Shown in pieces: positions 8,170 to 14,025 of a stretch of 16,604 nt of DNA. Origin of the DNA: Synergistaceae bacterium (lineage in GTDB: Bacteria > Synergistota > Synergistia > Synergistales > Synergistaceae); the NCBI GenBank assembly GCA_031264605.1, contig JAISDQ010000182.1, positions 1 to 16,604 of the forward strand, written 5' to 3'. Under the pieces are notes generated by a model, which had not been told where the DNA came from, did no database searches, and was given only the letters and a program-made list of their open reading frames with translations. Made by a program: the position numbers and the translations under genes. Each line of letters opens with the position of its first letter. Position 1 is the stretch's first letter.

Positions 8170-8481
8170 ATGTCCAAAGAAGCACTGGGAATGGTTGAGA
8201 CAAGAGGGCTGATAGGCGCGATCGAGGCGGCGGACGCTATGGTAAAGGCCGCCAACGTTTCCCTGATCGGCAAACAGCAGATCGGAAGCGGGCTGGTCAC
8301 TGTCATGGTGAGAGGTGACGTAGGGGCCGTGAAAGCCGCTGTCGACGCCGGAGCGGCGGCCGCCAAGAGGGTAGGCGAACTCTACGGCGTGCATGTCATC
8401 CCCAGCCCCCATGGGGACGTGGAAGGCATACTGCCGACGATTAACGCCGCTCCCCCGGCGCCGGCGAAGTCGAAAGCATAA
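8170..8481 (+). CDS. BMC hexamer shell protein (BMC-H, PduA/EutM-like), copy 1, with Ala/Pro-rich C-terminal tail
   Basis: [26 protein letters not shown]...[16 protein letters not shown] is the canonical Pfam00936 domain. Tail [24 protein letters not shown]. Confidence 0.9.
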   Translation: MSKEALGMVETRGLIGAIEAADAMVKAANVSLIGKQQIGSGLVTVMVRGDVGAVKAAVDAGAAAAKRVGELYGVHVIPSPHGDVEGILPTINAAPPAPAKSKA

Positions 8482-8488
8482 ACGAGCC

Positions 8489-8755
8489 GTGTACGCGGGC
8501 GAGGTCGTCGGGTGCGTAGTAGCTACGGTTAAGGAACCCAACCTGGAGGGTATACCGCTCCTGGTGGTGAGGGTAATCGAAAACGGCAAGCCGGCCAATC
8601 TGGTGGTTGCCGCGGATTCGACCCGTCAGGCCGGCAGCGGCGACCATGTGTACATGATCGGCTCCAAGGAGGCCGCTCGCATGTTCCGTAAGAAGCTGAC
8701 TCCGGTGGATGTGGCGATTGTGGGTTTTATTGACGAATACAGGGAGGAACTTTGA
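8489..8755 (+). CDS. BMC vertex protein (EutN/PduN family, BMC-P), paralog 2; probable GTG start
   Basis: VYAGEVVGCVVATVKEPNLEGIPLLVVRVIENGKP...AADSTRQAGSGDHVYMIGSKEAARMF. The same frame stays open upstream to 8393, but that stretch overlaps the BMC-H tail in another frame and is Arg-rich junk. GTG at 8489 gives the canonical MxxAxVVGxVV start. Confidence 0.7.
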   Translation: MYAGEVVGCVVATVKEPNLEGIPLLVVRVIENGKPANLVVAADSTRQAGSGDHVYMIGSKEAARMFRKKLTPVDVAIVGFIDEYREEL

Positions 8756-8794
8756 GCCCCCCTTATTTGATGATCTGAAAGGTGGAATAAAGAA

Positions 8795-9073
8795 ATGGAG
8801 AAATTGGCGCTTGGTATGGTAGAGACGAGGGGTTTGATAGGCGCGATCGAAGCGGCGGACGCCATGGTTAAGGCCGCTAACGTGACTCTGATTGGCAAGG
8901 AACAGATCGGCAGCGGTCTCGTGACCGCTATGGTGAGAGGCGACGTGGGCGCGGTAAAGGCGGCCGTCGACGCCGGAGCGGCGGCGGCGAAAAGAGTCGG
9001 CGAACTCTATGGCGTACACGTTATCCCAAGCCCGCACAACGACGTCGAGGGTATTCTGCCCGGCAAAAAATAG
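8795..9073 (+). CDS. BMC hexamer shell protein (BMC-H), copy 2 (near-identical protein to copy 1, diverged at synonymous sites)
   Basis: [97 protein letters not shown]. Confidence 0.9.
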   Translation: MEKLALGMVETRGLIGAIEAADAMVKAANVTLIGKEQIGSGLVTAMVRGDVGAVKAAVDAGAAAAKRVGELYGVHVIPSPHNDVEGILPGKK

Positions 9074-9082
9074 GGGACGCCG

Positions 9083-9370
9083 GTGAGAATCGCCGCAGTC
9101 GTAGGAAACGTAGTTTCCACGATAAAGGACGAGTCATACCGCGGATACAAACTTATGATCATCGAATACCTGAACGAGGACGGAAAACCGTCCGGGGCGC
9201 GTCAGATAGCGTTTGACGCCGGACAGGCCGGCATAGGCGACGTAGTGCTCGTCAACGTGGACGGGGGAGCGGCGAACATGATGCTCGATAAAGACGTCAT
9301 CGCCGATCTCACAATTTGCGGCGTCCTGGACAGCTATACCTATGACGGGAAGACGAAGGTATTCTTCTGA
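9083..9370 (+). CDS. BMC vertex protein (EutN/PduN family, BMC-P), paralog 3; GTG start
   Basis: MRIAAVVGNVVSTIKDESYRGYKLMII...AFDAGQAGIGDVVLVNVDGGAANMM matches the EutN fold sequence. Confidence 0.8.
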   Translation: MRIAAVVGNVVSTIKDESYRGYKLMIIEYLNEDGKPSGARQIAFDAGQAGIGDVVLVNVDGGAANMMLDKDVIADLTICGVLDSYTYDGKTKVFF

Positions 9371-9383
9371 GGTGGTGGTTGAA

Positions 9384-10133
9384 ATGGATATTGAAAAGAT
9401 CGTGAGCGATGTGCTCAAGGAGGTTCAATCCGGGGGAACTGTTCACGGAAAACCCTCGCCGGGTTCGGTTCAGGCGTGGGAAGTTCCGTCGAAGCTGGAG
9501 CACTCGCTGCTGAACCCGGATGTCGGCCTCGGCAAGATATTGGCGGAGTGCGCCGTCGCGCGGCGGTATTGCGTAGCGGCGGTCTGTGTCGCGCCCTATT
9601 ATGTGTCCGCCGCCGCCGACGTCCTGAGAGGAAGCGGCGTAAAGGTCTGCGCCGCGATAGGTTTCCCGCACGGTTGCATGTCGGCGGCGTCAAAACTGGC
9701 CGAAGCGCGCGAGTGCGTCAAAAACGGCGCGGACGAAATCGACGTCGCGATGAACATTCTTGCGGTAAAATCGGGCAGGATCGCCGACGCAAGGGACGAT
9801 TTCGAACAGATAGCGGCCGCCTCGCGCGGAAAGACTACGCTCAAGGCGGTTTTCGAGCACAGCGTGTACTCCGACGAGGAGAAGCGCGCCGTGCTGGAAA
9901 TCGTGAAGACCTGCGGAGCCGAGTTCGTGAAGATACAAAACGTCCTGAGCGGCAAGGGCGCCGAAACCGAGGACATAAAATATGTGAGGAATATCCTGGG
10001 CCGTAACGTGAAAGTCAAGATCGACGGCGGCGTAAAGACGCTGGCGAAGGCGATGGAACTGTTGTCCGCGGGAGCGGATCGCATAGGACTCACAGCGACC
10101 GCGGCGATCGCGAAAGAGGCGGAGTGTAAATAA
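9384..10133 (+). CDS. Divergent DeoC-family class I aldolase (deoxyribose-phosphate aldolase-like) with N-terminal extension (putative encapsulation peptide)
   Basis: TIM-barrel DeoC architecture: AAVCVAPYYV, AAIGFPHG, EFVKIQNV (Schiff-base Lys retained) and KVKIDGGVKT (second Lys retained). The consensus TSTGF and phosphate-loop GTSSG are replaced by IQNVL and GLTAT. N-terminus MDIEKIVSDVLKEVQS plus a Gly/Pro/Ser linker. ATG 9384 with GAGGTGG RBS; the track's start at 9342 overlaps the upstream gene. Confidence 0.7.
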   Translation: MDIEKIVSDVLKEVQSGGTVHGKPSPGSVQAWEVPSKLEHSLLNPDVGLGKILAECAVARRYCVAAVCVAPYYVSAAADVLRGSGVKVCAAIGFPHGCMSAASKLAEARECVKNGADEIDVAMNILAVKSGRIADARDDFEQIAAASRGKTTLKAVFEHSVYSDEEKRAVLEIVKTCGAEFVKIQNVLSGKGAETEDIKYVRNILGRNVKVKIDGGVKTLAKAMELLSAGADRIGLTATAAIAKEAECK

Positions 10134-10164
10134 AAGGCCTTAATACGATTATTGGAGGAATAAG

Positions 10165-11001
10165 ATGAGCGCGATAGATATCAATGAAATTATCAGGCAG
10201 GTGACTGCCGAGATATGCGCCAACTACGGCGCGGCTTCTTCCGCGCCGGCTGATGAGTACAGTCCGGCGTCGCTGGCGAAGTACATCGACCATACGCTGC
10301 TTAAGCCCGACGCCAGCCTGAACGATATACGCAAGGTCTGTGACGAAGCAAAGAAGCATAACTTCGCTAGCGTGTGCGTGAACACCGGCTACATAAAATT
10401 CGTAGCCGACGCTCTGGAGGGCAGCGGAGTGGCGCCATGCTGCGTCGTCGGTTTCCCGCTGGGAGCCATGATGCCCGAGGCCAAAGCGGCCGAGGCGCTG
10501 TGCGCCGTCAACAGCGGCGCTAAAGAGGTCGACATGGTCATAAACGTCGGAGCGGTGAAATCATCCGACTGGAAATTGGTCCACAGCGACATAGAGGGCG
10601 TCGTGACGGCGGCTCGCGGAAGAGCCATAGTGAAGGTGATAATAGAGACATGCCTCCTCACCGACGAGGAAAAGGTGAAGGCATGCGCGATCAGCAAACT
10701 CGCGGGGGCTCATTTCGTGAAAACGTCCACCGGATTTTCGACCGGCGGAGCGACGGTGGAAGACGTGCGTCTGATGCGCCGGACAATAGGTCCCGATATG
10801 GGACTCAAGGCATCCGGAGGAGTGAGGACGTACGAGGACGCGGTCAACATGCTGAAGGCCGGAGCCACCAGGCTGGGAACCAGTTCAGGAACGAAGATCG
10901 TATCGGGCGACGGCGCGGCGGAGCACAAATGCGTGAACTGCGGAGCGTGCAAAGTCGTGTGCCCGAGCGGCAGGGCCACGGTCATAAAAGGCCTGTACTG
11001 A
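10165..11001 (+). CDS. deoC: Deoxyribose-phosphate aldolase (DeoC) with N-terminal encapsulation-peptide-like extension and C-terminal CxxCxxCxxxCP 4Fe-4S ferredoxin-type motif
   Basis: Canonical DERA motifs: YIDHTLLKPDA, VCVNTGY, VVGFPLGA, HFVKTSTGFSTGGAT, GLKASGGVRT and RLGTSSG. N-terminus MSAIDINEIIRQVTAEI plus an Ala/Ser/Pro linker. C-terminal tail KCVNCGACKVVCP (nt 10930-10965). Confidence 0.85.
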   Translation: MSAIDINEIIRQVTAEICANYGAASSAPADEYSPASLAKYIDHTLLKPDASLNDIRKVCDEAKKHNFASVCVNTGYIKFVADALEGSGVAPCCVVGFPLGAMMPEAKAAEALCAVNSGAKEVDMVINVGAVKSSDWKLVHSDIEGVVTAARGRAIVKVIIETCLLTDEEKVKACAISKLAGAHFVKTSTGFSTGGATVEDVRLMRRTIGPDMGLKASGGVRTYEDAVNMLKAGATRLGTSSGTKIVSGDGAAEHKCVNCGACKVVCPSGRATVIKGLY

Positions 11002-11023
11002 CCTGGGTATCTTTTAAAAATAT

Positions 11024-11779
11024 ATGAGAAAACCGATTATCGCCGGTAACTGGAAGATGAACATGACGCCGTCACAGACGGTGAAGCTGATCGAGGAGAT
11101 CAAGCCTCTCGTCGCGGAGGCGAGATGTGAGATCGTCGTCTGTCCGACCCATACGTGCCTCTTTGCGGCTAAAGAGGCCCTTAAAGGGACGGACAGAATA
11201 TCCCTCGGCGCTCAGGACATGTTTTACGAGGAGAGGGGCGCTTTCACCGGCGAGGTCTCCTGCGAATCGCTGCTCGAACTCGGCGTCAGATACGTGATCA
11301 TCGGACATTCGGAGCGCCGCCAATACTTCGCCGAGTCCGACGAGACGGTCAGCAAAAAAGTCACGAAGGCCCTGGAAAAACGCCTGATTCCGATTGTCTG
11401 CGTGGGCGAGTCGCTCACGCAGAAACAGCGGGGAGTTACGAACGAAACCGTGGGGTTGCAGACGCGTCTCGCGCTTTTCGGCGTCGGCGCCGGAAACGCG
11501 GAGGACGTCGTGATAGCGTACGAACCGATCTGGGCAATCGGAACAGGCATGACGGCCACCAGCGCGGAGGCGAACGGCACGATACGCCGTATAAGAGGCG
11601 TCCTCGCCGAGATGTACAATCCGGAAACCTCGCGGAAAGTCCGCATTCTTTACGGGGGCAGCATGAACGCCGGAAACGCAGGGGAATTGCTTTCAACGAG
11701 CGACATAGACGGAGGACTGATAGGCGGCGCGAGCCTGAAGAGCGGCGATTTCGCGCAAATCGTGGGCAACTTGAGCTGA
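11024..11779 (+). CDS. tpiA: Triosephosphate isomerase
   Basis: IIAGNWKMN, catalytic His in IIGHSERR, AYEPIWAIGTG (catalytic Glu) and YGGSMN. No N-terminal extension. Confidence 0.9.
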   Translation: MRKPIIAGNWKMNMTPSQTVKLIEEIKPLVAEARCEIVVCPTHTCLFAAKEALKGTDRISLGAQDMFYEERGAFTGEVSCESLLELGVRYVIIGHSERRQYFAESDETVSKKVTKALEKRLIPIVCVGESLTQKQRGVTNETVGLQTRLALFGVGAGNAEDVVIAYEPIWAIGTGMTATSAEANGTIRRIRGVLAEMYNPETSRKVRILYGGSMNAGNAGELLSTSDIDGGLIGGASLKSGDFAQIVGNLS

Positions 11780-11797
11780 TATTGACAATGGTTCAGG

Positions 11798-11831
11798 GGA
11801 GTCCGACGATAGCCGGCTCCTTTATTTTTTT
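11798..11831 (+). terminator. Putative rho-independent terminator of the BMC operon
   Basis: GGAG(T)CCG / CGGCTCC stem with one bulge and an 8-nt loop, followed by TTTATTTTTTT. Sits 19 nt after the tpiA stop. Confidence 0.5.
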
Positions 11832-11865
11832 GTGTGTGATTCGGAATGATAAAGCAGGAGAATCA

Positions 11866-11917
11866 CGCAAAGTGACATACCCCCCTGATTCAGCGAATGG
11901 GAGAATGTCACTTTGCG
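11866..11917. repeat. 13-bp perfect inverted repeat (CGCAAAGTGACAT / ATGTCACTTTGCG) with 26-nt spacer, each arm preceded by a GGAGAAT direct repeat
   Basis: Seen directly: 11866-11878 pairs with 11905-11917. GGAGAAT occurs at 11857-11863 and 11900-11906. Lies between convergent tpiA and the minus-strand oxidoreductase gene. Confidence 0.4.
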
Positions 11918-11928
11918 CAGAATTCAAG

Positions 11929-13125
11929 CTAATAGACAACCTCTATTTTCTTGCCGCACTTGGATGATTCGGCAAGGGTCTCCAGAATGACCGCTGCTCT
12001 GTAGCCGTCCTCGAACGTAGCGCATAACGGGCCAACTTCTTTGTCGTTTGCCACACAGTCGAGAAAATGAGCGATCAGATTGATGTGACCGTGTTCCCAG
12101 CCGCAATTATGGCCTGCGGGCCACCATATCTTCATGAACGGATGATTGGGCAGCGTGCAGGAAATTCTTGTAAAGCCGGCAATTTCGGGAACAGGCGCTT
12201 CTCTGAGCTGCACATTGAGATAAGTAGGATCCTCGAGGCTCCATGTAATAGTTCCTTTTGTTCCGTAGATCTCCCAATAAAGATGGTTATACCTGCCGGA
12301 TGCGACTGACATGTTTTCAATGGTTCCGGTAGCGCCGTTGTTAAAGTCAATGAGAGCCCGAATGCTGTCATCATAAGGCACATCGACCATAGCGCCGTTT
12401 TTGCGGGCGGAGGGTCTCTGTTTCGGGATAGAACGCATATCGCCCGTTATCGAAGCAACTTCGCCAACGAGGAATCGAGCCTGGTCAATAAGGTGCGTTC
12501 CCAACCCCTGGGAGTTGCCTGTCATGTTTTGATACCAGACGTTTTCAACAGGGAGATCGAGAGGAAGGGCATATTCCTGATGATATCTTCCGTAAAAGTG
12601 AAGTATGTCGCCGACCGCCCCTTTGTTGATAAGCTCGTACGCAAGCCTGACAGCGCCTTGAAAACGATAGTTAAAACACAGAGCGTTCTTGACGTTTGCC
12701 TTATTGACCGCGTCCAGCATTTTTTTTGACGCTTCTCTGCCCAAGGCCATCGGTTTTTCGCATATGATATGTTTGCCGGCTTCGGCAGCGTCAATACAAG
12801 GCTGCATGTGAAGACTGTCCACACAGACATTGTCAAATACAGAAACGTCAGGATCCGCGATAAGATCTTTCCAGCCGCCATAATGGTTCTTGAAGCCGTA
12901 CCTGTCAGCGGCAGCCTTGGCATTTTCCACGGTGGAAGCGCTAATTGCGATCAGTTCCGGCACATAGTTTGTTTCAAACATATAGCTGATCGTCTTGTAC
13001 GCATTGGAATGAGCCTTGCCCATGAAGCCCCTGCCAAAAAGACCGATTCCGATTTTTTTTCTGGGCTGTGAGAAATCGCCGACACTGTAACCTATACCTA
13101 TGTTTTTTACTTCGCTCATAATCAC
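11929..13125 (-). CDS. Gfo/Idh/MocA-family NAD(P)-dependent oxidoreductase
   Basis: N-terminal Rossmann motif IGIGLFGRGFMGKAHSNAY and the family hallmark EKPMAL. ~398 aa. AGGTG RBS before ATG. Confidence 0.8.
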   Translation of the reverse strand: MIMSEVKNIGIGYSVGDFSQPRKKIGIGLFGRGFMGKAHSNAYKTISYMFETNYVPELIAISASTVENAKAAADRYGFKNHYGGWKDLIADPDVSVFDNVCVDSLHMQPCIDAAEAGKHIICEKPMALGREASKKMLDAVNKANVKNALCFNYRFQGAVRLAYELINKGAVGDILHFYGRYHQEYALPLDLPVENVWYQNMTGNSQGLGTHLIDQARFLVGEVASITGDMRSIPKQRPSARKNGAMVDVPYDDSIRALIDFNNGATGTIENMSVASGRYNHLYWEIYGTKGTITWSLEDPTYLNVQLREAPVPEIAGFTRISCTLPNHPFMKIWWPAGHNCGWEHGHINLIAHFLDCVANDKEVGPLCATFEDGYRAAVILETLAESSKCGKKIEVVY

Positions 13126-13248
13126 CGCACCTTTTTTCTTTGCGTCTTCCTACCCTCTTTTAATACTATTTCCCATAGTACACCCTTATCCGCCGCTCCG
13201 GCTATTTCACGGAATATTTCACAAAGACCTTACCTGGCATGTCTCGCC

Positions 13249-14025
13249 TCACTCATCCCTCCCGGCGTATATGACGGTTGCGTAGCTTGTGCCGGATTCT
13301 ACGCGGCGGCCCAGAATATCCGACGAGTCCGTGTGTTCCATGACGACGCCCTTTACCGCGCCGAGTTCGCTGAACAGACGGAGGACAAGCGACGCGGCTC
13401 TCCGCGCGTCGATATCCAAGCGGCCGGTTTGCATCGGTTCCAGGGCCGTCAGGACTTCGAGAGTCAGTTCGTCCTCCTGGCGCATCGCTTCAGGGGTTTT
13501 GTAATGCGACAGATCCATGCTCAAAATGATCATGTCGCTTTCCAGCGCCGCTTCGAGCATGTATTTTTTCAGCATCAGGAGAGCGATATCGGGTATGTTC
13601 GGTTTCAGCACCATAGGGACGACCGTCGCGTTGGGGAAATACCGCGCGATGAACGGAATGTGGATGGTGATTCCGTGTTCTTCCGCGAAAAGACGCGGAT
13701 TTGACGTGACCACGCTCAAGCCGGAGAAACCGCTTTTCGCGTCGTCGTCGGCTTTAACTGTCCATCCCGCCGTTTGCCAATCATCGCCGCATACCTCGGC
13801 GTAATTTCTTGCCCGTTTGAAATGGTCGGGCGACAGCAGCCACACGCGTCTGACCTTATCCGAGGAAACGCGTTCATAAAACCGCGATATCATGTCCAGC
13901 GCGAGACCGTGGTGCGGCACGATTCCCCCGAGTATCCGCGCTCCGGCGTCCGCGTTCGCTGACGCCGAAAGCGCAAAAAACATGCCGCAGAAAACGGCGA
14001 CAAACAGGCGTTTCTTTGCCGTCAT
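13249..14025 (-). CDS. MEMO1 / AmmeMemoRadiSam-system protein B family protein with N-terminal signal peptide (exported)
   Basis: GGIVPHHGLALD and LSMDLSHY resemble the MEMO1 His/Asp-containing motifs. N-terminus MTAKKRLFVAVFCGMFFALSASANA is a typical Sec signal peptide with an AxA cleavage site. Its start codon overlaps the stop of the upstream gene (ATGA). Confidence 0.65.
   Translation of the reverse strand: MTAKKRLFVAVFCGMFFALSASANADAGARILGGIVPHHGLALDMISRFYERVSSDKVRRVWLLSPDHFKRARNYAEVCGDDWQTAGWTVKADDDAKSGFSGLSVVTSNPRLFAEEHGITIHIPFIARYFPNATVVPMVLKPNIPDIALLMLKKYMLEAALESDMIILSMDLSHYKTPEAMRQEDELTLEVLTALEPMQTGRLDIDARRAASLVLRLFSELGAVKGVVMEHTDSSDILGRRVESGTSYATVIYAGRDE

Noticed and set aside
8393-8488. 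Upstream extension of the second BMC-P ORF ([31 protein letters not shown]...)
   Set aside because: Overlaps the 3' end of BMC-H copy 1 in another frame and encodes an Arg-rich non-protein-like peptide. The conserved EutN domain begins at the GTG at 8489.
7118-8598. Two long minus-strand ORFs (327 and 406 aa) antisense to the pduS, pduT and BMC-H genes
   Set aside because: They overlap strongly supported shell and PduS genes. Translations are Arg/His/Ala-rich repeats with no domain signature. This is a GC-rich antisense artefact.
9342-9383. Upstream ATG for DeoC-1 (MTGRRRYSSEVVVE...)
   Set aside because: Overlaps the end of the third BMC-P gene. ATG 9384 has a GAGGTGG RBS and yields an N-terminus resembling that of the paralog.
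1-11779. Initial impression of a PDU or EUT operon
   Set aside because: PduL, PduS, PduT and a PduP-like aldehyde dehydrogenase are present. But there is no B12-dependent diol dehydratase (PduCDE), no EutBC, no reactivase and no adenosyltransferase. The only candidate signature enzymes are DeoC aldolases.
11782-11967. 61-aa plus-strand ORF across the tpiA terminator and inverted repeat
   Set aside because: Spans a hairpin and T-tract terminator plus an inverted repeat. No RBS and low-complexity sequence. Most likely non-coding.
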